A stretch of 64,000 nucleotides of DNA. It comes from an uncultured Christensenellaceae bacterium. Its GTDB lineage: Bacteria > Bacillota > Clostridia > Christensenellales > CAG-1252. The stretch covers positions 91,986 to 155,985 of the forward strand of contig CAYMNK010000004.1 of assembly GCA_964391805.1 (NCBI GenBank), in the 5' to 3' direction. How positions within the stretch are numbered: position 1 is the stretch's first letter; each line of letters begins with the position of its first letter. The notes beneath the pieces are model-generated. The model was not told the DNA's origin and searched no databases. It worked only from the letters and a program-made list of their open reading frames with translations. Shown here piece after piece: positions 35,983-44,040 of this stretch. The position numbers were made by a program, and so were the translations under genes.

Positions 35983-37230
35983 TCAAATTCCCTCTATCGT
36001 AATTGTTCTCTCGGTTTCTGATAAATAGTCGATGTTCACGGTAATGACCTTGGCTCCGTAGTATTCTTGAGCGACAGTCCATTCAATAAGGCATACACTA
36101 TCCGCTAAACCATAATACTCCTCGAATCCGTAATCGATGTCACTTCCCGACGGTAACCTGTACATATCGAAATGATACATTTTAAGTCTACCCGATTCGT
36201 AACTATTCATTAAAGTAAACGTAGGACTTGTAATAGTTTCGCTAATACCCAAACCAAGTGCTATTCCCTTAGAAAAAGTAGTTTTACCCGCACCCAATTC
36301 GCCGTTCAAAAGAATAACCTCTCCGCCCGATAGCCGAGATGCCAATTTGACGCCTAAATTCATAGTTTGTTCTTGAGTACAAGTTACGTATTCCATAGTA
36401 GAATTATACAACGACTCGTCGTTTTTGGCAATAATATTTGAGTTATTTACGTTGTCCTGTGTATTATTGCCCTTCTTTTGGGCGTTAAATCGCTTATTTG
36501 TCGCTTTAATCAACTTAGATAACGGCTTGTATACAAGAAATACCGCTACAGATAATAAAACAGTTTTTATAAGATTAAATAATACCGCCCAATACCATAC
36601 GTCTAAATAAAACGCCATACCGTCAAGCCAAGGTGTATCCATATATACGCCAAGATAGAACGGAAAAGTCAACAAATAATTGATAGGCACCGAAAATGCC
36701 GTTTGAGCAATGACAGCACAAACAAGCATAATGATTACAGCCTTGATTCCCTTATGTTTTTTATAGGCAAACGAAGGAATCAATACATAAGGAAGCATTA
36801 ATAAAATATTGGCAAGTTCGCCCACTCCTACTGTTTGAGAAAAGGTCAAAGCGTGCAATAATTCTTTTAAAACTCCGACTATTATAGCCGACAACGGTCC
36901 CATGGTAAGTCCCGAAATCAATACAAAAACATTGGAAAAGTCAATTTTTAGAAATGGAACAGCAGGAAAAATGGGAAATTCAAATGTAGGTAAATAAAGA
37001 ATATATGCTATTGCCGTAAACAATGCCATATAGGTCAATCTTAACGGTGTAAAATACTTGGTTCTTATAACTTTTTCGTCCGTTTTCTCTTCGATTAAAA
37101 TAGGCTTATCAAAGTCGTTTGGCTCAATCGATTCATTGTTTTGAGAAGCTAACGAAGATTGCATTTGAACATTAGTACCGCTTGTTACATCATTAACAAC
37201 AGTGCTTTCGATATCTTGAATTTGGTCCAT
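35983..37230 (-). CDS. Single ORF fusing a RibU-type ECF S-component (riboflavin transporter) with TsaE
   Basis: Residues about 60-240 are RibU-like (FLKIDFSNV, 5-6 TM helices). The last 137 aa, from an in-frame Met at 36396, are TsaE (LNGELGAGKTTFSKG, SPTF, FDMYR). No stop codon lies between them. Confidence 0.75.
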   Translation of the reverse strand: MDQIQDIESTVVNDVTSGTNVQMQSSLASQNNESIEPNDFDKPILIEEKTDEKVIRTKYFTPLRLTYMALFTAIAYILYLPTFEFPIFPAVPFLKIDFSNVFVLISGLTMGPLSAIIVGVLKELLHALTFSQTVGVGELANILLMLPYVLIPSFAYKKHKGIKAVIIMLVCAVIAQTAFSVPINYLLTFPFYLGVYMDTPWLDGMAFYLDVWYWAVLFNLIKTVLLSVAVFLVYKPLSKLIKATNKRFNAQKKGNNTQDNVNNSNIIAKNDESLYNSTMEYVTCTQEQTMNLGVKLASRLSGGEVILLNGELGAGKTTFSKGIALGLGISETITSPTFTLMNSYESGRLKMYHFDMYRLPSGSDIDYGFEEYYGLADSVCLIEWTVAQEYYGAKVITVNIDYLSETERTITIEGI

Positions 37231-37267
37231 ATTATAAACCTCGAAATAGATTTAAAGCCGTTCCTTG

Positions 37268-37293
37268 AAAAAATATCCCGATATCTCGGGGTA
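37268..37293 (-). terminator. Expression-platform terminator of the FMN riboswitch
   Basis: Minus strand: 8-bp stem (TACCCCGA...TCGGGATA) with a 4-nt loop, followed directly by T6. It lies about 35 nt upstream of the ribU ATG. Confidence 0.65.
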
Positions 37294-37310
37294 ACAAACT
37301 AAAGTAGTTT

Positions 37311-37425
37311 CATTCTTTTCTCATCCGGACTGTTACCGTAGGTACGGGAATTTCACCCGTTCGGGACCGAAGTCTTCGTGGACTATACCACCTGTGGGGA
37401 TTTACACCCCGCCCCAAAGAATAAC
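37311..37425 (-). promoter_or_regulatory. FMN riboswitch (RFN element) aptamer
   Basis: Minus strand: UUCUUUGGGGCGGGGUGUAAAUCCCCACAGGUGGUA...GGGUGAAAUUCCCGUACCUACGGUAACAGUCCGGAUGAGAAAAGAAU. This matches the conserved RFN core. P1 is UUCUUU/AAAGAA. It lies upstream of a RibU-like gene. Confidence 0.9.
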
Positions 37426-37496
37426 TTTATTAATTGAAGTATATCACTAAATATATTTGGTGTCAATAATTAGTGAAGTATTTATTGACTTTTCAT

Positions 37497-38090
37497 TCTT
37501 TAATGGATTTTTGATTCCGATGCCATTGGCATCGCTACTACGCAGTTCGAATACAGACTTCGTCTCACTCAGTATGACATGATTGAACGCTGACGCTTGC
37601 CTTAATATGGATTGTAGATACCGATGCCGATGGTATCGCTGCTACGCAGTTCGACTCCGCTTGCGCTACGCTCAGTATGACGGGACGGAAATTAGTATGA
37701 CGCTCAGTATGACATGATTGAACGATTGCGCTTGCTTTTATGTGGATAATTGATAGATTGTTGACAAAAATAAATCCAAAATAAAAAGCAAGTGCGATGA
37801 CTTGCTTTGGCGGGCGATTACTAATCACTCTTGTTTTTATAATATATTATTAGCGTTTTTTGTAAAATTCTATGTGCTACTTTTGCTTTTTTTACACGGA
37901 ATCAGATACCGATGCCGATGGCATCGCTGCTTCGCAGTTCGACTTCGGGCTTCACCCTTCGCTCAGAATGACAAGATGGCGGGCGATTACTAATCGCTCC
38001 TATTTTTTTGTAATATAATGTCGTATCTTTGTAATATATTATTGTATTTTCTGTAAATTTTATATGCTTTTTATGCTTTTAAATTTAGCA
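37497..38090 (+). repeat. Mosaic intergenic repeat locus R5 (three type-1 units, double-hairpin modules, tail modules)
   Basis: Type-1 cores start at about 37511, 37617 and 37903. CAGTATGAC occurs at 37570, 37673 and 37705. Double hairpin at 37783-37830. GGCGGGCGATTACTAATCGC recurs at 37977. Confidence 0.85.
37783..37808 (-). terminator. Terminator hairpin (repeat-borne) downstream of scpB
   Basis: Minus strand: AAAGCAAGT-CATCGC-ACTTGCTTT followed by TTATTTT. Confidence 0.55.
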
Positions 38091-38102
38091 TTCATTGAAG
38101 AC

Positions 38103-38912
38103 TTAATCGTTTTCGCCTTCTTCGTCGGAAACATCTTCCGATAAATCTTCATCGGCGACATAATCGTCTTCGATATCTTCGTCGGCAGTTACATCGGATA
38201 AATCATCATTGGATATATAATCGTCTTCCAGGTCATCCTCTAATTCACCCGCGCCCATAGATAGGCTGACATCGGATATATCTTCTTCATCGAGTTTGAT
38301 AAAATTCTCATCGATTTCAAGCTTAGCAAAGTCGGAAGGAACTTCTTTAAACAATGACTTCTCTTCACAAGCTTCGGTGATTGCTTTCAACCTATTTTGA
38401 ATCTCTGCCGACTCGGTAAGTTCATAGATATTCTTAAGTTGGAAACGAAGAAGGAATTCTTGAGTTGTGCTATATTCTCTCGGCGTTCCTAAAGTATTAC
38501 GTTTACCCGATACGTAAATCAACTTAGCTGCTTGCAATACGTTGATAGCATAATCACAGTTGACTCCTCTAATTCTTTCGATTTCGCCTTTGGTTACGGG
38601 TTGTTCGTATGCAACAATGGCAAGGGTTTCAAGCAATACGCCGGTCAACTCTTTTTGCTTGTCCTTTAACAAAATATCGCCTACTTGTTCACCGACCTTG
38701 GAATATGTAGATATGCTGAGTAACTCGCCGAAATCATTGAGAACCAGACCGCTGGTACCGTCGTTGGGGTACTTTTGTTTAAGTTGATAAATTGCAAGTT
38801 CCAACTCGCTTGGATCGATATTCGATTTTTCTAAAATAGTATCTCGAGTTACGCCTCTTTTACCTGCTGCGTAAATTACGCCCTCAACTAATATTTGAAC
38901 ATTATTATCCAT
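38103..38912 (-). CDS. scpB: Segregation and condensation protein B with long acidic C-terminal tail
   Basis: ScpB winged-helix region (EAIVYEQPVTKGEIERIRGVN). Follows scpA. Confidence 0.85.
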   Translation of the reverse strand: MDNNVQILVEGVIYAAGKRGVTRDTILEKSNIDPSELELAIYQLKQKYPNDGTSGLVLNDFGELLSISTYSKVGEQVGDILLKDKQKELTGVLLETLAIVAYEQPVTKGEIERIRGVNCDYAINVLQAAKLIYVSGKRNTLGTPREYSTTQEFLLRFQLKNIYELTESAEIQNRLKAITEACEEKSLFKEVPSDFAKLEIDENFIKLDEEDISDVSLSMGAGELEDDLEDDYISNDDLSDVTADEDIEDDYVADEDLSEDVSDEEGEND

Positions 38913-38914
38913 GA

Positions 38915-39802
38915 TTATTCTCCTTTATTATCGTTAGTAGCATTGTCCTTGGTTTCGCTCTTTACTTTCTTTTTCTGCTTAGGATCGTCAAATTCGTAGA
39001 TATCGTAATCGGCTGCAAATAATTTTTCAAGGTTCATATTTGCACCGCTTTCAGATAATTTGATTTTGATTTCACCGCATATAAAATCTTGTTCAACCTC
39101 GGCAAATTGACATTTGAGTAATTCAAGCAACGCTAAAAATGCATTGATTTTTTCACTCTTGGTGTAGTCCTCGTGTGCGATATCCTCAAAAGTTATTTCC
39201 TTTTTGTCCTTAAGTATTATGATTATTTCATCAATCTTATTACGTACGGTAAATCTGTCCTTAACTATCGTTTTTGGTTGTTCAACCTTATTGGTTCCTC
39301 TTACCGCCTCTATTTCCTTTACAGACAAGTATGCCTCTATAAGCTCGCTTAAAGAAAAGTTTTCGATACAATAATTGCAATCCTCTTCGGTAAACTCGGG
39401 TTCTACGAAGTGACGGCACTTGACCTCGGTGCTCTCGAGATTTTTACGCATATCATTGAGCAACTTACGAATGGAAAGCATATCCAAGAAACTGCTCGTG
39501 TCCTCTTCAAGTTGGTAAGTTTCCTCATCGGTTTTGGGCATCATGGTCCTAACCTTGAGATCCAACAAAATGGATGCGTAATAAGCAAATGAATTGGCTT
39601 TTTCTACATCAAGATTTTCCAATGTTCTAATGTATTCAAGATATTGGAAGGTCAAATCGGATATAAAAAGGTCCTCGATAGCAAGATCTCTCTCGTCTAT
39701 CATCTCCAATATTCTATCAAGAGGTTCATATTCTCCGTTACGTAGTTGAAACGGGTAATCCTCCATTACTTCATCGATAAATTCACTTTCACGTCTTAAC
39801 AT
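38915..39802 (-). CDS. scpA: Segregation and condensation protein A
   Basis: ScpA/kleisin pattern. Immediately upstream of scpB. Confidence 0.8.
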   Translation of the reverse strand: MLRRESEFIDEVMEDYPFQLRNGEYEPLDRILEMIDERDLAIEDLFISDLTFQYLEYIRTLENLDVEKANSFAYYASILLDLKVRTMMPKTDEETYQLEEDTSSFLDMLSIRKLLNDMRKNLESTEVKCRHFVEPEFTEEDCNYCIENFSLSELIEAYLSVKEIEAVRGTNKVEQPKTIVKDRFTVRNKIDEIIIILKDKKEITFEDIAHEDYTKSEKINAFLALLELLKCQFAEVEQDFICGEIKIKLSESGANMNLEKLFAADYDIYEFDDPKQKKKVKSETKDNATNDNKGE

Positions 39803-39812
39803 AAGTGTTCTC

Positions 39813-40532
39813 CTAACCTATTCCTAAAATCAGATTTATCAGCGATAAAACAGCATCTTGAATAACTCCAATATACATACTGAGAATATTACAAGGAATA
39901 CCGGTACGATCTCCTATAATATCCAATGCAATAAGCAACAAGAATACATAACGGCTATATTTATACATAAACGTAACGTACTTGTTACCGGGCTTAGTCA
40001 ATGTTTCTACCAAACGGAAACCGTCAAGCGGTGCTATCGGAAGCAAATTAAACGCTATAAGCGATACGTTTATCATAGTTCCGAATAAACCTAAGTAATA
40101 AAACAGTTTAACTACTATTACCGCTATGTCGCTGACGATCTCTCCCTTAAGTATTATTGCTTCCATTCCAAGCAACAAGCAGAAATTAACTATGGCAAGT
40201 ATAAGATTCACGCCTACTCCCGCCAACGATACCGTAATCATTCCTTTTTTATAATTGCGAAAATTATTAGGATCGACAGGCACGGGACGAGCCCAACCCA
40301 TACCGATAAGTAGCATCATTGCAAAGCCCAACGGATCTAAATGTCTCAAAGGATTCAACGATAACCTGCCGTTAATCATAGCCGTATCGTCACCGTTTAA
40401 ATGCGCGACATAACCGTGACCGACTTCATGAAGAACGATAGCAAGATATATCGTAACGACATACGCTACAATTGTTAAAAACTTATCCTGTAATGAAGCA
40501 TCTTGGAATATAAGATTTAACAGCATCGACAT
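39813..40532 (-). CDS. M50-family site-2 metalloprotease-like membrane protein
   Basis: HEVGHG zinc motif in a TM helix, LPIAPLDG second motif, polytopic. Confidence 0.8.
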   Translation of the reverse strand: MSMLLNLIFQDASLQDKFLTIVAYVVTIYLAIVLHEVGHGYVAHLNGDDTAMINGRLSLNPLRHLDPLGFAMMLLIGMGWARPVPVDPNNFRNYKKGMITVSLAGVGVNLILAIVNFCLLLGMEAIILKGEIVSDIAVIVVKLFYYLGLFGTMINVSLIAFNLLPIAPLDGFRLVETLTKPGNKYVTFMYKYSRYVFLLLIALDIIGDRTGIPCNILSMYIGVIQDAVLSLINLILGIG

Positions 40533-40615
40533 CTTCTCCTTTATTTCTTCTATTTATTATAAAATAAAAAAATCAATTATGCAACATTTTTATTTAATAA
40601 ATAAACATAAATTAC

Positions 40616-40648
40616 ACATAAAAATTGGGTAACGATAAATTACCCAAT
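40616..40648 (-). terminator. Rho-independent terminator after the carboxypeptidase gene
   Basis: Minus strand: ATTGGGTAA-7 nt-TTACCCAAT followed by TTTTTAT. Confidence 0.65.
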
Positions 40649-40669
40649 CAACAAATATTATAGATTCGT

Positions 40670-41860
40670 TTAGGATGTTTTAACGCTCCATCCGCCCATT
40701 ACTCTACCTATGCAATCTCCGTAAGTCTCTTTTTCGACATTTTCCATAAGAATCACATCAGCTCTATCACATTCTTTTCCATTCTTTACGGTAAAGGCTG
40801 TACCTATTACGCTTCCTTTTTCAAGCGGAGCTTTTATGTCCGACAGTTCGATAATTAGTTTTCCGTCGTTTTCACTACCGCGTTTTGTAAAAATTCCTAT
40901 GTCGCGAGAAACTGTTACATCAACTGCATTTTTACTGCCCTTGAGTCTAACCTCGCCCAACGATTCTCCGCTTACCGCAAGTCTATCGAAAGTATATGAT
41001 GCAAAAGCATAATTCAAAAGTTTTTTACTGTCTTCGAATCTCTTGGTACTATCCGACTCGCCTATTACTACCGATATTACCCTCATTCCGTCTTTTACGG
41101 CTGTAGCCGTCAAGCAAAAACCTGCTTCATTGGTAAATCCTGTTTTTCCGCCGTCACATCCTTTATAAAATCTAATCAACTTATTGGTATTGGTAAGTAC
41201 CGTGGTTCTTCCGTCGGGATGTGTGTAATTTTCCAACCATATAGTAGAATAATCATGATAGCGTGGGTGTTTAAGAAGTTCGGATAACATGACCGCACAG
41301 TCATGCGCACAACTGTAACCGTTGACACAGGGTAAGCCCGTACAGTTTACAAAATTTGTATTAGTCATCTTAAGTTCTTGAGCCCTTTCGTTCATTTTGT
41401 TAACAAAATGCCCTTCGCTTCCCGATATTCTCTCGGCTACCGCTACCGAGGCATCGTTTGCACTCGCAACCACTATGCCCAATAAAAGATCACTCATGGG
41501 GTATTCTAAACCTTCTTCAAGAAACATTTGTGATCCACCCATGCTCATTGCCTCGTGACTAATCGATATATTCTCATCAAGACTTAGCCGTCCCGAATCG
41601 ATTTCCTCAAATGCTAAAAGCAATGTCATCATCTTGACCATGCTCGCAATGGGATATCTTTCCCTTGAATTATATTCGTATATCTCCTCGGTAAAATTGC
41701 TATCGGTAAGGTATGCCGATTTCGCTTCGGTCATCTTTGTTTCGGTACCTGTAGTAAAAGTTTGAGACGTTTTTACATCGTTACTTTCCGCCAATGAAAC
41801 CGTAGGCGTTAAAAACAAACAACCTACCATTATACATACTAACAATATTGCTTTTTTCAT
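40670..41860 (-). CDS. D-alanyl-D-alanine carboxypeptidase (S11 family, DacB/DacF-like)
   Basis: Signal peptide and the SMVK (SxxK), SAND (SxN) and KTGFT (KTG) motifs. Confidence 0.85.
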   Translation of the reverse strand: MKKAILLVCIMVGCLFLTPTVSLAESNDVKTSQTFTTGTETKMTEAKSAYLTDSNFTEEIYEYNSRERYPIASMVKMMTLLLAFEEIDSGRLSLDENISISHEAMSMGGSQMFLEEGLEYPMSDLLLGIVVASANDASVAVAERISGSEGHFVNKMNERAQELKMTNTNFVNCTGLPCVNGYSCAHDCAVMLSELLKHPRYHDYSTIWLENYTHPDGRTTVLTNTNKLIRFYKGCDGGKTGFTNEAGFCLTATAVKDGMRVISVVIGESDSTKRFEDSKKLLNYAFASYTFDRLAVSGESLGEVRLKGSKNAVDVTVSRDIGIFTKRGSENDGKLIIELSDIKAPLEKGSVIGTAFTVKNGKECDRADVILMENVEKETYGDCIGRVMGGWSVKTS

Positions 41861-41922
41861 TATTTCCTCCGCTGTTAGTATATACCGTGACAGTTATAAT
41901 ATTCAAAAATAATTCCTAATGC

Positions 41923-42510
41923 TTAGACCACGTTAACAAAAAGGTTAATTACTCCGCCTATTATGATGTTTACAACAAAAAGACATAAAAAGGCAATTCC
42001 TATCACCTTACCGCTTTTTATAAGTAAAGGCATATTGTTTTTTAAAGTTCCGCATATGGGCGATTCCAATGCTTTACAATAAGCGTAATAAACGGATAAA
42101 ATGAGTATAAATGCATTGGGTATCACGAATAGAATAATTGATAAGATCCCCCAAAAAACACTTTCGCCTATCGAAAAAACACAGATTCTACCGAATATAT
42201 ATCCAATAAATACAATATCCAAAATCAAAGCGACGATAAAACCTTTTTTCCAAGCAGTAAAGAGGCACAACAAAACAGAAAAGATAAGAATCGCCGAATA
42301 CATCCACAAACTTTTGAAAGGTTCAAATTCGTTTGAGAGTATCAAAGTAAATGCACCTGAATAATCGCTTTCGGCATTGTTTGCCACCACAATTCCGACA
42401 ATTAGCCCTAACGAGAATAAACCAATTACTGCAAATAATTGTTTTGAATAGCGAGTTAGAAAGTTCTTGATGTCGTGGGGAATGTAATAAAAAGAAGAAA
42501 ACCTTTTCAT
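41923..42510 (-). CDS. spoIIM: Stage II sporulation protein M
   Basis: SpoIIM-like polytopic profile and size. Start placed at ATG 42510, because the ORF-track TTG at 42549 runs into the repeat array. Confidence 0.65.
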   Translation of the reverse strand: MKRFSSFYYIPHDIKNFLTRYSKQLFAVIGLFSLGLIVGIVVANNAESDYSGAFTLILSNEFEPFKSLWMYSAILIFSVLLCLFTAWKKGFIVALILDIVFIGYIFGRICVFSIGESVFWGILSIILFVIPNAFILILSVYYAYCKALESPICGTLKNNMPLLIKSGKVIGIAFLCLFVVNIIIGGVINLFVNVV

Positions 42511-42544
42511 ATAAATATGATATGGTTTTACAATTAGATAATAT

Positions 42545-42900
42545 GACAAGAATGCAAGCTGTGCTTACGCAATATGTGTCTAACGACACACGATATAGCT
42601 TCGCTACGATATGTGCCTTTGGGCACGCGATATGTTGCTTCGCAAAAGTTGCGGATAAGGATTTTAGATTCCGACACTTTGTGTCGCCCTACGGGTTCGA
42701 CTACAGACTTCGTCTTTCGCTCAGAATGACATTTGATGGTGCACGTTATCGTCCGCAAAATATAAAACTGACTTTTAGTTACCGTCCAAGATACTGCTCG
42801 GCTCTGCCTCGCACTGCTTAGGCAGTTCGACTACAGACTTCGTCTTCCGCTCAGTATGACGGGACGGGAACAAGTATGACGGCGGACGGACGCTGACACG
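42545..42900 (+). repeat. Mosaic intergenic repeat locus R6 (5 mini-hairpins with CGATATG linkers, two type-1 units)
   Basis: Mini-hairpins span 42556-42644. Type-1 cores start at about 42665 and 42790, both with H3 = AGAC-TTC-GTCT. CAGTATGAC at 42852. Confidence 0.85.
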
Positions 42901-42909
42901 TAAATGATG

Positions 42910-43929
42910 TTATGCGCTTTGAGCAGTTTCAAATAAGAAATCAGAATATATTCCGTAACCTTTGAGAGTATCGCCGACCATAACATGGGTGACTGCACCT
43001 ATTAATTTGCCGTTTTGTATTATGGGGCTTCCCGACATTCCCCTTGTAATACCGCCTATAGCAATTAAACGCTCGTCGGTTGCCTTAAGTAGTATCCCCT
43101 TTTCTTTGATTTTCGGCTGAAGGCTTAGCGACAATATTTCAACATCGTAATAATCGGGTTTGGTGCCGTGAATTGTAGTGTATATTTGAGCCTTACCCAA
43201 TGAAGCTAATATTCTCGATTGTGTACTTATAGCGGTTACACTATAATCTTTGGTTAGCATCTTACCGTATACTCCGTATTCTGTATTCTTATCGATTATT
43301 CCTATCGGACCGTCTTTACTAAAATCGCCATTCAGTTTACCGGGTGCATTGGGCGCAGACGGAGTGACACCCTCAATAGTACAACTATACAAATAACCCT
43401 TGTTTATCACTACATTACTGCCACCTTCGTTTTGAATGGGATGTCCTAAAGCCGAAAAATATCCGTTTTCGGTTATAAAAGTGACAGTTCCTATTCCGTC
43501 AATTCCGTCCGATAAAAACAAACCAAGTACCGAATTATTTAGTTTAATATCCCTATAACAAGGTGTTTTTACTGTGTATTTCTTCACTCCGTCGGTGAAC
43601 ACGAGGACGTTTTGGCTATCCGTTACAATCGCCTTTGCGACATCTTCACGGCTATTTACGGTAAATCCGTTGACGGACAAAAGTATATCCCCCTTAGATA
43701 TTCCCTTGCCGTCCAATGGTTTAAACGCCCCTTTTTCGGTTGTAACCGTTGCCAAATCCTCTACATATAACCCCTCACCCAATGTGGATATACCGACAGG
43801 GAAACCGCCTAAAAAGACCTTTTCGGGCAACAAAAAACCGCAAGGGTATTCTTCGGCAAAAGCCTGCCCGCTTGCGGTAACAAATATAATCAATATAAAA
43901 ATCAATAATGCCTTTGAGAATTTCTTCAT
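42910..43929 (-). CDS. spoIVB: SpoIVB peptidase (S55)
   Basis: PDZ plus S55 motifs (GIGTVTF, GMSGSPI). Located downstream of recN. Confidence 0.9.
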   Translation of the reverse strand: MKKFSKALLIFILIIFVTASGQAFAEEYPCGFLLPEKVFLGGFPVGISTLGEGLYVEDLATVTTEKGAFKPLDGKGISKGDILLSVNGFTVNSREDVAKAIVTDSQNVLVFTDGVKKYTVKTPCYRDIKLNNSVLGLFLSDGIDGIGTVTFITENGYFSALGHPIQNEGGSNVVINKGYLYSCTIEGVTPSAPNAPGKLNGDFSKDGPIGIIDKNTEYGVYGKMLTKDYSVTAISTQSRILASLGKAQIYTTIHGTKPDYYDVEILSLSLQPKIKEKGILLKATDERLIAIGGITRGMSGSPIIQNGKLIGAVTHVMVGDTLKGYGIYSDFLFETAQSA

Positions 43930-44040
43930 AATACTCCTAAGGCTTATTGTGTGAAATAGTTAGTTTATTATACCAAATAAAACACGATACATCGGTTTTA
44001 CGAATATAATAGCGTTCTATGTAAATAACAACTTTAATAA

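Noticed and set aside
36394-36396. Treating TsaE as a separate gene starting at the internal Met
   Set aside because: Not adopted as the primary call, because the reading frame is continuous from the RibU domain and no SD precedes this Met. It is kept as the alternative hypothesis in the fusion finding.
37565-37993. ORFs 37565-37828 (-) and 37802-37993 (+)
   Set aside because: They lie inside repeat locus R5, read through hairpin modules and terminator stems, and have no SD. The same reasoning as for R1 applies.
42522-42821. ORFs 42522-42821 (+) and 42534-42758 (-), plus the TTG-extended spoIIM start at 42549
   Set aside because: They lie inside repeat locus R6. The spoIIM extension would begin within the mini-hairpin array, so ATG 42510 is preferred.
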